A stretch of 64,000 nt of DNA. Source: a virus. Below are positions 48,133 to 57,176 of the stretch, in pieces. Location of the stretch: positions 116,793-180,792 of IMG/VR virus record IMGVR_UViG_3300023199_000127; one strand, given 5' to 3'. The stretch's first letter is position 1; every line of letters begins with the position of its first letter. The position numbers and the translations under genes are program-made. A model generated the notes under the pieces. It worked only from the letters and a program-made list of their open reading frames with translations. It searched no databases and was not told the DNA's origin.

Positions 48133-48701
48133 GCGCTCCCCCGCATACGCCGGGATGTCACACAGGTCACGCACCCGCGGAACCTCGCGCCTCGTGCCCA
48201 TTGCGGCCATCTCCGCGATCGTGGCGAAGCGAAAGCGTCGTCGATGATGGCGGCACGGCTCGCGGCCCACGCGGCACTCGCGTCACTCGCGGCATGCGCG
48301 GCCCACTTGGCACGCAGGGCCCGCTGCTGGTGCTCCTCGGTCGGCTCGTCCGCCCACGCATCCGCAGCCTCGATCGCCTCGACGCAAGCCGCGCGGTCGT
48401 CGGGGCGCACCAGATCCAGGACGCGACGAGCGCAGCGCGCCCCGAAACGAACGGCCACGCGGACACGCGCCAGCTTCACCGCCGCGTCGTCCGTCGCCGT
48501 GCCCATGACGGAGAACAGGACCGGACCGACGCGTCGCTCTCGCTCTGCGTCGTCTCCGATCTCGTCGTTGGCGAAGAGCGCCAGCGGCCGGATCGTCTTG
48601 CAGACGCACTCCGGCGCGTCCGTCCAGTCCCGCTCGCCCGCGTACCAGGCGATCGCGCTCATCCAGCCCGCGCCGATTTCGGGGGATCCTTTTCCTCTCA
48701 T
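48129..48701 (-). CDS. Ala-rich phage protein with Imm5-like helical part
   Basis: GAAAGGAG RBS; AGERDWTDAPECVC..NDEI; EAIEAADAWA; AAWAASRAA. Confidence 0.6.
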   Translation of the reverse strand: MRGKGSPEIGAGWMSAIAWYAGERDWTDAPECVCKTIRPLALFANDEIGDDAERERRVGPVLFSVMGTATDDAAVKLARVRVAVRFGARCARRVLDLVRPDDRAACVEAIEAADAWADEPTEEHQQRALRAKWAAHAASDASAAWAASRAAIIDDAFASPRSRRWPQWARGARFRGCVTCVTSRRMRGSA

Positions 48702-48815
48702 ATCGTCTCCTTTCGGTCTTGGTTCATGCGCCCCGCTCCGGGTCGTGCGGGGTCTCGGTCTCCCGGTCCACGAACTTGGCGAGGAGGCGGCGCGCACGAA
48801 GCTACCCGAGCGTGA

Positions 48816-49007
48816 CTACAGCAACCCGAAATGTGACAGGGCCATTGCGAGAAACACGATGGAAACAATTCCTGTGACACAGATGAGCCACGTAGGCGTC
48901 TGCGTAAGCTGACGCCTTGATGCATCTCGTGTCTCACACAGAAAAATTGCCATTGCGATTATCGCAATGCTCAATTCAATGCACACCCACCAGTAATGAT
49001 CAATCAC
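48816..49007 (-). CDS. Small two-TM membrane protein
   Basis: Two hydrophobic segments. Confidence 0.5.
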   Translation of the reverse strand: MIDHYWWVCIELSIAIIAMAIFLCETRDASRRQLTQTPTWLICVTGIVSIVFLAMALSHFGLL

Positions 49008-49426
49008 TTGTTACGCCTCACGATCTTGCCATCCACCGTCACACGATAGTAGGTTCCTGACATGCCCATGTTTTTCAGGCTATTTGTTGCTCGCTTTCTC
49101 ATGATGCTCTGAATTTTCGTCAGAGCATCAATGAGCAACTGCGCTTTACGATGGTTGTTCTCTAGTGTCTGACCCATGGACTTAACCATATCCTCGCGCC
49201 AGAGATCGGGGTCCTCATGCTTCTCAGCTGCACGATCATCACTAAGCTTTACATGATCTGCATCTACCTCATCAATGTTGAAGTCCAGCGTGATCTGCCG
49301 GCTACAATCCCCAATCTCTAGATTGGGACCATAGTAGTATGCCTCGTTACTAATCTCGTAGAAGGCATGTCCTGATCCCCTGTTCAAGAACATTCGGTTG
49401 GGAACAGATTTCTTCTTGCTAGCCAT
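49004..49426 (-). CDS. Hypothetical protein
   Basis: 140 aa ORF. Confidence 0.6.
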   Translation of the reverse strand: MASKKKSVPNRMFLNRGSGHAFYEISNEAYYYGPNLEIGDCSRQITLDFNIDEVDADHVKLSDDRAAEKHEDPDLWREDMVKSMGQTLENNHRKAQLLIDALTKIQSIMRKRATNSLKNMGMSGTYYRVTVDGKIVRRNK

Positions 49427-49428
49427 TG

Positions 49429-49797
49429 CTATTCCTTACTGGGAGTCTCATGTGTGCTTGTTTTAAAAACGTTCAAGACGTTGTCTGCTTGGTTTCGAGC
49501 GTACTTCTCAAGACAATAAAAGGGATCAGCACCTGTTCTACGTGCACGATCCTCGTAAGGTGCTACCACAAGCCGGTAGAACTCGGCGTGTGCACCTCGG
49601 AAAGCTCCCATCACGTCCTCCATGTCGGAGTATCGAGGGGTACCTTCTCCACCGTGTCCCATGCGAGTCTCAAGGAATCTACGGATCAATGTACACAGAG
49701 CATAGTTCAAGTCTCCGCCCACACTGTGCTTGTCAAAGATCTCGCCGAGAGTCTGGTTATCCAGAATCTCGGCTTTCTCTTTGTTGATGTACGGCAT
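49429..49797 (-). CDS. DUF6899-like protein
   Basis: MPYI..GDLNY..EFYRLVVAPYED. Confidence 0.7.
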   Translation of the reverse strand: MPYINKEKAEILDNQTLGEIFDKHSVGGDLNYALCTLIRRFLETRMGHGGEGTPRYSDMEDVMGAFRGAHAEFYRLVVAPYEDRARRTGADPFYCLEKYARNQADNVLNVFKTSTHETPSKE

Positions 49798-49807
49798 TGT
49801 GATTCCT

Positions 49808-50035
49808 CTAGGAAATGACTTTCTGGATGAGCTGATTCAGTACAGTGTCGGCGTCAAACTTGTTGCCTTCACCATTTACTCTCACCCACTTGTTGTGGAT
49901 TTTACACACGTAGAGGGACAGACGGGCGCCCCTGCGCCCGACGGCCCGTACCAACGTGAGATGGTAGTAAGTGCACTGATCCGATTCCCGCACGCACACA
50001 CCAGTGACCTTGTAAATGTGATTCTGGTAAGGCAA
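49808..50035 (-). CDS. Small hypothetical protein
   Basis: Gap-filling ORF. Confidence 0.4.
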   Translation of the reverse strand: MPYQNHIYKVTGVCVRESDQCTYYHLTLVRAVGRRGARLSLYVCKIHNKWVRVNGEGNKFDADTVLNQLIQKVIS

Positions 50036-50058
50036 CCTAGTGTCTAGCTAAAGCTGCT

Positions 50059-50352
50059 TCATAGACTGCTCATCCCATTACAGTCGAAGTAATCACGGGG
50101 CCGCACTAATGAACACTGGATCAGCTGATTGCTGATCCTGTGGTTGTACTCGTACCACCCGTTCAGACACCCAGTGCTGACGGTGTTACGATTCGGGCCC
50201 TGAATCACTACCAATCCCAAGGGATACGGACCTCCCATTCTTGCGAAGATCAAGAAGTGGCCTTCGCCCACCATTCTGATCTTGGGAGAATCGCCCTGTA
50301 CCTCAACAAACCATGTACCCTGGCGTTTGCTTATTGTTTTCGTCATGCACAC
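50059..50352 (-). CDS. Hypothetical protein
   Basis: GGGAG upstream of the start. Confidence 0.5.
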   Translation of the reverse strand: MCMTKTISKRQGTWFVEVQGDSPKIRMVGEGHFLIFARMGGPYPLGLVVIQGPNRNTVSTGCLNGWYEYNHRISNQLIQCSLVRPRDYFDCNGMSSL

Positions 50353-50399
50353 ATCTCCCTTGGTGCTTCATGAACCTAATTGACCTCAAAGCCTTGCAC

Positions 50400-50561
50400 T
50401 TACAAGTAACGTCTTAGCATTATGAAGCCCCTCGTATGGGCCAAACGAGGGTATATTGTTGCGTAGTACTCCTTGACTGACTCCACTGGGTACTCTTTGT
50501 CACCACACCTACGCCACCAAAACTTATCAGAGTGCTCAATGCGCGGTATACGTTGTGCCAT
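50400..50561 (-). CDS. Small hypothetical protein (MAQRIPRIEH)
   Basis: Internal start at 50561. Confidence 0.4.
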   Translation of the reverse strand: MAQRIPRIEHSDKFWWRRCGDKEYPVESVKEYYATIYPRLAHTRGFIMLRRYL

Positions 50562-50775
50562 GGGATGCAAACCTGTATGACCTAAAAGTGCGCTCAAAAC
50601 CAGGACATTCATCATAGAAACGCACAGATGTGTATCGCGCAACCATGATAGAAATCCGACAAGCCTTCTTCCTGATTACATCATGGTAAAACTCGTCAAC
50701 TATCTCAAACGAGTCTCGCAAACCCCACCCTATTATGATGGCTTCATGATTGATCTTCGCTACGCGTTGTGCCAT
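50536..50775 (-). CDS. Small hypothetical protein (MAQRVAKINH)
   Basis: 79 aa ORF. Confidence 0.45.
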   Translation of the reverse strand: MAQRVAKINHEAIIIGWGLRDSFEIVDEFYHDVIRKKACRISIMVARYTSVRFYDECPGFERTFRSYRFASHGTTYTAH

Positions 50776-50809
50776 AGTGTTCTACTAAGCTCAACACAAA
50801 ACACTGTAA

Positions 50810-51121
50810 TTACAGCGGTGAGAGACCTGTATGATCACGAAGCTTCTCTCGGATCTGCTTCATGACATAGTCCGGTCGATTCACGTACTCGAGGTACCGA
50901 CGCAAATCCAACGTATTCTGGACCTCGTCGATGAACAGTGGCCGACCGAACAGATAGTCGAATCGCAAACGCGATCTCCTATCCACAACCTCTTCGATCA
51001 TCTTGTCCGTGATCTCTTTCGGAGCATCAATGCCGATGTTGTCGGGAGCGATGAAGCTCAGCAATAGCTTCAGCATCTCTCTACGGTCCATGTCGCTCAT
51101 GTAACAGGTATTCAGTGACAT
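50810..51121 (-). CDS. Hypothetical protein
   Basis: RFDYLFGRPL; start uncertain. Confidence 0.55.
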   Translation of the reverse strand: MSLNTCYMSDMDRREMLKLLLSFIAPDNIGIDAPKEITDKMIEEVVDRRSRLRFDYLFGRPLFIDEVQNTLDLRRYLEYVNRPDYVMKQIREKLRDHTGLSPL

Positions 51122-51122
51122 C

Positions 51123-51341
51123 TCATTCCTCTTCGATTGTCAAGCTAGCTTTCTCGGGATCGTGCACTAGGCGGCGTCCTACAAGGTCTCCGCCACACTC
51201 AGTGCAGTGTCCATCATCAGCATACGTAAGGACTTTACGCGGGTATACCCACTTACACAGCGGGCAATACCAGACTAGTCTGTCATATTGTACGGAACCG
51301 TCGGCGTTGTCCATTGGTACTTGCACTGCTTTCTTGGGCAC
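51123..51341 (-). CDS. Zinc-ribbon protein
   Basis: CPLC..CTECGG. Confidence 0.55.
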   Translation of the reverse strand: MPKKAVQVPMDNADGSVQYDRLVWYCPLCKWVYPRKVLTYADDGHCTECGGDLVGRRLVHDPEKASLTIEEE

Positions 51342-51631
51342 TTCCAGTAATGATACGAATGCAGATCATCTATACCTAGATGATCTGCACCAGTACCACA
51401 CTTAGGACAGTCGACACAGATGTAGCACATAAGCTTACCCATGGCTCGAAGCATGTGGTAGATCTGCATCTTCTCCACAATACGACGAATACGAGCAGCA
51501 TACTGCTTGTGCTTCGGACTGATTGCCTTTGAGATCTTCAGCAACTCAGTGATCTCATCGTATAAATCAACCCCATCTTCCATCGAGTATTCCAGCTGGG
51601 GTAGCTGCTTGCTCTTCTGTGTCTTGGACAT
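51275..51631 (-). CDS. Zinc-ribbon-containing protein
   Basis: CPKCG..WKCPRKQCKYQW. Confidence 0.55.
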   Translation of the reverse strand: MSKTQKSKQLPQLEYSMEDGVDLYDEITELLKISKAISPKHKQYAARIRRIVEKMQIYHMLRAMGKLMCYICVDCPKCGTGADHLGIDDLHSYHYWKCPRKQCKYQWTTPTVPYNMTD

Positions 51632-51640
51632 AGGTGTCTG

Positions 51641-51964
51641 CTACCTTTGCACCTTTTTGCCCAAGATATCCATGAGACGCTGACGTACCGACAGCGCTGC
51701 GTTCTTCACATCACTGTCTGTGTTCTCTTGAGCATTGATTCCAAGGATATCGATGATCTGGATCGTATCCTTCAGCAGCTCGACTTCCACTTCGATTTTC
51801 TCTTCCATGTCTCTCTCCGTATGTAATCCTGCTCCGTAACCTCCGAAGTACGCAAGAGCGAACATCAAGAGTATCAGGCTTGCCCAACCAAAGGTTTGGG
51901 CAATCTTGGAGGTGTGGCTGTTCATTCCTGATCCCCTTCCCATAGAAAGCCAGTAGACGGTCAT
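51641..51964 (-). CDS. Single-TM protein
   Basis: FGWASLILLMFALAYFGGY. Confidence 0.55.
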   Translation of the reverse strand: MTVYWLSMGRGSGMNSHTSKIAQTFGWASLILLMFALAYFGGYGAGLHTERDMEEKIEVEVELLKDTIQIIDILGINAQENTDSDVKNAALSVRQRLMDILGKKVQR

Positions 51965-52062
51965 GCAAATAAGCCCTAGTGTCGGTATTACAGATGTGAG
52001 CCAACAATGACGTGGTACAACAAACGTGATTTGTCAGGAAGCTGTGCTGTTTCTATGTTCAT
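51965..52062 (-). pseudogene. Remnant of a Pol-beta-superfamily nucleotidyltransferase N-terminus
   Basis: ATGA-coupled start; MNIETAQLPDKSRLLYHVIVGSHL* (TAA 51988), then NTDTRAY in another frame, resembling GSHLYG..SDxDxRG. Confidence 0.35.
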
Positions 52063-52682
52063 AGCTCACCCGAACAACTGGCTTTCCGGAAATAGTAGTC
52101 GTAAACAGTGATTACCTCATCTAGAGGTACAGGTGTGTAGTTCCAGTGTTCCACACACATGTTGAGCGCAAGCCATGGCTGAGCAGGGCCAATGTGCTTG
52201 CGCTTCTGCTGATCCCAATCCTGCTTCAGATCAATCCAGACCGGAAGCGAATTATGTACGTGGCCACACAGACGTACGATTGGCTTCGCAAGTCTTTGTT
52301 GATCATCTCCGTAATCCAACCACGGCTTCAGGGTATCGGGGACATGGGCGATCTGAAACGTACGCCCATGCTCTTGCATAGTGTGGCGTACATTATACTG
52401 GTAAATCGCATGAATCTTCCTGCTATGTAGGTAACGCAGTCGATCATGATTACCAAGAAATAGCACGATAGTTCCATTGATGTTGTTCAGGAACTCTTCG
52501 TAGCTTTTCTGTCCACCCCATGCAATATCGCCAAGGTGCCACACAATGTCATCGGGACGCACAACAGAATTCCAAGCTTCGATGAGACGTTCGTTCATCT
52601 CATTCACATCTGCAAAATTACGATTGCAGTGCTTGATGATGTTGATATGATCGTAGTGTGTATCACTGGTGACGAATATCAT
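52059..52682 (-). CDS. Calcineurin-like metallophosphoesterase
   Basis: IFVTSDTHYDH; HLGD; LGNHD; CGHVH. Confidence 0.88.
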   Translation of the reverse strand: MIFVTSDTHYDHINIIKHCNRNFADVNEMNERLIEAWNSVVRPDDIVWHLGDIAWGGQKSYEEFLNNINGTIVLFLGNHDRLRYLHSRKIHAIYQYNVRHTMQEHGRTFQIAHVPDTLKPWLDYGDDQQRLAKPIVRLCGHVHNSLPVWIDLKQDWDQQKRKHIGPAQPWLALNMCVEHWNYTPVPLDEVITVYDYYFRKASCSGEL

Positions 52683-52701
52683 TGACCCGCAGACCTTCCG
52701 T

Positions 52702-52735
52702 AAAACAAAAGAGAGGGTGGCCGAAGCCACCCTCT
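52702..52735 (-). terminator. Rho-independent terminator with UUCG loop
   Basis: Minus strand AGAGGGTGGC-TTCG-GCCACCCTCT-CTTTTGTTTT. Confidence 0.85.
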
Positions 52736-52773
52736 ACAGGAGACCTACACTTCCGAGTGTAGACCGTGAACTA

Positions 52774-52971
52774 CTAAAAGATGGATGCCCTTCGTACACG
52801 TCGTACCTGTGACTTGTTACACTCCTGACAGTAACGACGTTGCACAATGAAAGTCTTAGTGACATATTTAGACTTGCCACTATAGACATCGTAGAGACCC
52901 ATATCTACCCATTGACCCCACGAGTGGAGTCCAAGGGTACATAGGGGTATCAAATTAAGCAGGTTTTTCAT
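52774..52971 (-). CDS. Small Cys/His protein
   Basis: LCTLGLHSW..RRYCQECNK. Confidence 0.5.
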   Translation of the reverse strand: MKNLLNLIPLCTLGLHSWGQWVDMGLYDVYSGKSKYVTKTFIVQRRYCQECNKSQVRRVRRASIF

Positions 52972-53056
52972 CGGAATCTGGGTCTCCTGTAATGTTTCAA
53001 GTCTGTAGGAGCAGCACCAAGCTTAGGAGCAATGACATCCCAATGCCTAAATAGAT

Positions 53057-53085
53057 ACCGGGAGCCCCAACAAGGGGCTCCCGGT
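53057..53085. terminator. 12-bp stem-loop
   Basis: ACCGGGAGCCCC-AACAA-GGGGCTCCCGGT. Confidence 0.6.
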
Positions 53086-53267
53086 AACCGATGAAGGACC
53101 TCGTATGAGGCCTTCAACCGTGAAGGAACATTGTGTTGTGAGAGAGGTGGTAACACCGGAAACCTTCGCAATCCCGTGCATCACGTCCTCGGTGTTTTCC
53201 GAATCTGCGACTTCAGCCGCCGCCTCGACCACCGCGTCAATCCCGCCACCGCTCCAGTGTCTCCCTG

Positions 53268-53822
53268 CTAATCTCCATCGCCGACCTCCTCGAACCGAAC
53301 ACGGACCGTCGTCCCGCGATAGCTAACGCGCGCGCCACGCAGATCCGCGTCGCGCAGCGTCGCACCGCGCAGGTCGACACAGCTCAGATCCGCGTCGCGC
53401 AGCGTCGCACCGCGCAGGTCGGCGCAACTCAGGTCGGCGTCGCGCAGGTCCGCGTCGCTCAGGTCGGCGCCGCGCAGCGTCGCGCCGCTCAGGTCGGCAC
53501 TGCGCAGGTCGGCGTCGCACAAGTCGGCGCAGCGCAGGTCCGCGTCGCTCAGGTCGGCGTAGCGCAGGTCAGCGTAGCGCAGGTCGGCGTAGCTCAGGTC
53601 GGCGTCGCTCAGGTCGGCGCTGCGCAGGTCAGCGTAGCACAAGTCGGCGCAGCTCAGGTCGGCGCAACTCAGGTCGGCGCAGCGCAGGTCCGCGTCGCTC
53701 AGGTCGGCGCGTTCGCCGCCCTGTTCGTCGCGCAGCCACGCTGCATGCAGATCGAGGATTACACGCAGGTCTTTCTTGGTGTGATCTTCGGTCCCGTCGT
53801 CGTTATTGAATCTACGGTTCAC
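53268..53822 (-). CDS. Pentapeptide repeat protein
   Basis: More than 20 A[D/T]L[R/S/C]x repeats; 15-nt DNA periodicity; GC-rich. Confidence 0.9.
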   Translation of the reverse strand: MNRRFNNDDGTEDHTKKDLRVILDLHAAWLRDEQGGERADLSDADLRCADLSCADLSCADLCYADLRSADLSDADLSYADLRYADLRYADLSDADLRCADLCDADLRSADLSGATLRGADLSDADLRDADLSCADLRGATLRDADLSCVDLRGATLRDADLRGARVSYRGTTVRVRFEEVGDGD

Positions 53823-54105
53823 AGTTTTTCTCCACCTCCATCAAGCCGGCAAGATCACTCTTGCCGGGATGGAGGTCTACGAATCGAGGCCCTGTGAAGT
53901 CCGCGGAACCTCTCCGCGCATGGAACTTCACACGTGCCACCTCGTGATTACTTCTCCTGTTGGGCTCTCCCTGCTTCGTCTTCTCGATATGAATCTCAGC
54001 GAAGCGCTGGCACTCGTCCTAAGTGCTGGTGAAGATGATCTCCCCGTGCTTGTGCACTTGGTAGATCTTTTCGTCATTATGGACGGTGTAGAACTTGATC
54101 TCCAC
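53812..54105 (-). pseudogene. 97-codon ORF with one in-frame TAG (54019-54021)
   Basis: VEIKFYTVHNDEKIYQVHKHGEIIFTST*DECQRFAEIHIEK.. fills the gap between two genes. Confidence 0.5.
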
Positions 54106-54107
54106 GG

Positions 54108-54860
54108 CTAGTCTACATGGTTGTTCAGCCAGAGGCTGATGACGTCGCCGTGACAGGGGTTACCCACGCCCGACTTCGTCTTGCAGAAGCAGCCGAGCTT
54201 CGCACCCTTGAGCTGGAGCACCGCTTCCTTGAAGTCGGGATCATTCCGCAAGCGCTGGTGAAAATAGCGCGCGAAGCACGGAATGGTCTGACCGAAGTAG
54301 GTGTGGTTCATACCACAGCTATTACACCTCTGGCCCCGACGAATCGGATTGCCAAAGTAGCCATCCATGCCGCGTCCGGCTCGACCGATGTACTCGGCGC
54401 CAGGCACCCTCTTGATGTTCACCACCATCGTGGGTTCTTCCTCGAGCCACTGGTCACGCAGCTGCATCAGCAGCTTACCGAGATGGTTTTGGCCATTGCC
54501 ATCGCCACCATCATCCCACGGAGCGCACTCTACGAGCTCCATGCCCTCGCAATCGCGCAGCAGCGTGTAGAACTCAGGGTTCTGAGTGAACTTGGCGACG
54601 AGGATACGACGCATCACTTCGATCTTGACGTCGTCCCAGTCCGAACGCACGGAGCACTTCTGTCCCAGACGCTTAGCTCTATCCGGCGTCTCGGCGAGCC
54701 TGATGACCTCGCGCTCTTTACCAGTGGTCCTCGCGGCCTGGTAGCAGTGCTCCGCCGTGGGCCACACGTAGCCGTTCAGATCAACGATCGGAGACGGCTC
54801 GAAGTTGCTGAGCCACGCGTACTGTTCGTCGCTCTTGGAACTGAATCGGATGGTCTTCAT
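54108..54860 (-). CDS. NADAR (YbiA-like) domain fused to DUF4326
   Basis: WLSNF..WPTAEHCYQA..AKRLG..DWDDVK..KFTQN..NHLGKLLM; then YIGR..YFGNP..LGCFC..CHGDV. Confidence 0.88.
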   Translation of the reverse strand: MKTIRFSSKSDEQYAWLSNFEPSPIVDLNGYVWPTAEHCYQAARTTGKEREVIRLAETPDRAKRLGQKCSVRSDWDDVKIEVMRRILVAKFTQNPEFYTLLRDCEGMELVECAPWDDGGDGNGQNHLGKLLMQLRDQWLEEEPTMVVNIKRVPGAEYIGRAGRGMDGYFGNPIRRGQRCNSCGMNHTYFGQTIPCFARYFHQRLRNDPDFKEAVLQLKGAKLGCFCKTKSGVGNPCHGDVISLWLNNHVD

Positions 54861-55213
54861 TACTGCATACCCTCCAGGATATGTCGCGGTTTCTTGTCTG
54901 GCGCAGTCCACAGATCGATCGGGATGTGCACTATCACCGGGTACCCGTGGCTCTCCCCGTCCTTCGGCCGGAGCTCGACCATGAAGTCGTTCTCCTCAAA
55001 CGATCGGTCCACCAAGCCAGGTCTCTGGCCAGAGCACAGGTGGCCCTTGAATGTGTTGATCGCATCGTTCCAGTCGGCACGCAACGTGCCTCTGTCGTTG
55101 AGCACCCGAACCTTCGGGTACCAATCATGGGTAGTGTACATCTTCCCGCTTCGCTTGAAGTAGGTGATGACACAGTTCAGCGTGAGTCGCACGCTGTCGA
55201 TATGGAAGCTCAA
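54860..55213 (-). CDS. Hypothetical protein
   Basis: ITYFKRSGKMY; TAATG coupling. Confidence 0.6.
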   Translation of the reverse strand: MSFHIDSVRLTLNCVITYFKRSGKMYTTHDWYPKVRVLNDRGTLRADWNDAINTFKGHLCSGQRPGLVDRSFEENDFMVELRPKDGESHGYPVIVHIPIDLWTAPDKKPRHILEGMQ

Positions 55214-55524
55214 GACTTCCTCCTTTCAGCTCTCATTTCCTTGGCACATCTGACCTGATGTACCCAGTTCTGCAGAGCCTTGCGTAGCTCGAACGTAACG
55301 AGCAACGCAGCCAACTCTGCTACATTCAGCGCAAGCCAGCTGATGCCGACGAACGCTGCGATGAACAAGAACACACGGGCGTGGGGATCACCCACGCCCT
55401 GTGTGATCGGAACAGTTGCCAAACCAACGGCTGCTGCCTGCGTAAGTGGTGAAGCTACGAGCAGCCAGCAACTGATGATGAAGCAGCTGAACCACATGCA
55501 GAAAGACTTAAGTCTCCTCAGCAT
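55210..55524 (-). CDS. Two-TM membrane protein
   Basis: Start at MLRRLK via TAATG overlap; two hydrophobic helices. Confidence 0.55.
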   Translation of the reverse strand: MLRRLKSFCMWFSCFIISCWLLVASPLTQAAAVGLATVPITQGVGDPHARVFLFIAAFVGISWLALNVAELAALLVTFELRKALQNWVHQVRCAKEMRAERRKS

Positions 55525-55898
55525 TAGTCCAGCTCCTCCATGAGCGTGGGAAAGCCCGAAGCAACCTCGAGTTCGACGTCGACCACTGCGACGCCGGCGG
55601 CCTTGGCCTGACCGATGATGGTGTTGAACTGCTCGTGCTCCTCGTCTACCACCACCGTGACCGGACCCTTGCCCTTGCCCTCGGCAATGAGACAGGTGCG
55701 GATGTTCGTCAGTGTGGAGGGCGTGAAGGCCGCACCGCTCAAGCGAGGTTGGTCGTTGTATGCCTTGCGCGTAACGCGCTTCGGCGGAGGTCCGAAGAAG
55801 TCTTGGGAACTGTGTCCCTTGTTCACATTCTTCGGGCACCGGCTCTTGACAGTGTCTGGCAGATCTCGCAGGAAGATCTTGGTTGTCTTGGTTTTCAC
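55524..55898 (-). CDS. Hypothetical protein
   Basis: GTG start; AGGAG upstream. Confidence 0.6.
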   Translation of the reverse strand: MKTKTTKIFLRDLPDTVKSRCPKNVNKGHSSQDFFGPPPKRVTRKAYNDQPRLSGAAFTPSTLTNIRTCLIAEGKGKGPVTVVVDEEHEQFNTIIGQAKAAGVAVVDVELEVASGFPTLMEELD

Positions 55899-56069
55899 GG
55901 TCTTTGGTCTCCTATTGATTCAATTGTTCGGTAATCAGTTGAATGCTACGATGGTTCTAGACGACACCCTTGTAGCCTCCCTGACGCAGTTTGCGATCGA
56001 TCCAACATGCCATCACCATGTCATCACTATCACCCAATTGCAGAAGGACGGTAGCAGACTCGTTCGTGA

Positions 56070-56450
56070 TTAGTTCGTGGTCTGCAGCACAGCATACTCC
56101 TCACGGAGTTGCTTGAGCTGCTTGATCTTGTTCTCGAGCTTGTCGCCGTACTTCTTGTCGACACGCTCGATGCCGTAGCCGGCCAAGGCTACACCACCAA
56201 GCACCGTCATCGTCATGACGGGCTTGCTGAGCAAGCCTAGGAGGAGGGCGGTCGAGAGAAGGGCGAGGCCACTCGTGGCCACGACGGTGCCCATTGCACC
56301 GCGCATGGTGCTGCCACCACGCAGAAGGAAGTGGGTGATCTCGAGGCCCTTCTGCTGGAGGGCCTCGGGAGTGCCAGGCTCCCTGTGTCCATTGATCGGC
56401 GCCTCGAGCGCATCGGCTCCGGGCACCGGGTCAATTCTATTGGTGTTCAT
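56070..56450 (-). CDS. Membrane protein with Gly/Ala-rich helices and coiled-coil tail
   Basis: Hydrophobic central region. Confidence 0.6.
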   Translation of the reverse strand: MNTNRIDPVPGADALEAPINGHREPGTPEALQQKGLEITHFLLRGGSTMRGAMGTVVATSGLALLSTALLLGLLSKPVMTMTVLGGVALAGYGIERVDKKYGDKLENKIKQLKQLREEYAVLQTTN

Positions 56451-56578
56451 TACTGTCCCTGTCTTCTTGTAAGTGCTGTGTAAAGGTCGGCGAGCCTGTT
56501 ATCCAGTCACTTCTCGCCTTCCATAAACCGATCGTCTGGATCCGCAGCCTCAATTTATCGTGACCCACTGACTGTGGG

Positions 56579-57142
56579 CTACTCCGCATCGCTCTCGGGC
56601 GCCCAGTCGAATTTCAACTCCTCGGCGCCTCTGTAATAGTCTCCTAACAAACGTGCGTCCTGAGACTCGTCAGGAGCTCTCAGAGTACGTCCATCGGTGA
56701 TGGCACTGTTCACCTGTCCAATGGACAGGTCGAACAGGTCTGCTAAATCGGCACACCTTGCCTGATTCATAGAGCACCATCTCTCACGTTCGACCGAAGT
56801 CTTGTGGTGCTGCAAGATGAACTCCTCGAACCAGATTCGAGTCTCCGCTCTCAGATATCCGATGATATCGAATCCACACTCAGGACACTCACGCAGATCC
56901 TTGTGGTGGTACTGACAGCACAGATCACATCCGATCTGGTCGAGCAGTGTGCGACGGACCCAGCACTGGGCAAGGTAGAGATGACGGGCTGGACCCCAAT
57001 AATACCAGTCCGAATATCTCTTCAGCCATCGATGAACGCGCATGATGGTGAGCATTGTCAGGATGCTAACAGATGCCCAACACATCACCTGCAGAACTGC
57101 AGGCAGATTGTGGAAACGCTCGTAGACATCATTCACGGTCAC
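56579..57142 (-). CDS. TM plus zinc-finger protein
   Basis: N-terminal TM; CDLC..CPECG; AAAGGA RBS. Confidence 0.6.
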   Translation of the reverse strand: MTVNDVYERFHNLPAVLQVMCWASVSILTMLTIMRVHRWLKRYSDWYYWGPARHLYLAQCWVRRTLLDQIGCDLCCQYHHKDLRECPECGFDIIGYLRAETRIWFEEFILQHHKTSVERERWCSMNQARCADLADLFDLSIGQVNSAITDGRTLRAPDESQDARLLGDYYRGAEELKFDWAPESDAE

Positions 57143-57176
57143 AGTCCTTTCATGGTCAAAATTGCAGATCTAGCGA

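Larger units (their letters stand above)
47560..48812. other. GC-rich mosaic patch of foreign-looking gene pieces
   Basis: Abrupt rise in GC by eye; begins mid-gene right after the TAG at 48816; no integrase or transposase. Confidence 0.65.

Noticed and set aside
47560-48812. IS element or integrated prophage
   Set aside because: No transposase, integrase, terminal inverted repeats or target duplication is seen; recorded only as a GC-rich mosaic
53330-53710. Diversity-generating retroelement or CRISPR in the 15-nt periodic DNA
   Set aside because: It is explained by pentapeptide-repeat coding; there is no reverse transcriptase or template/variable pair
877-54021. Genome-wide TAG reassignment (code 15)
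   Set aside because: DnaE, NrdJ, the helicase and both RNAP subunits contain no internal TAG, and many genes end in TAG at natural positions (for example DIPF*)
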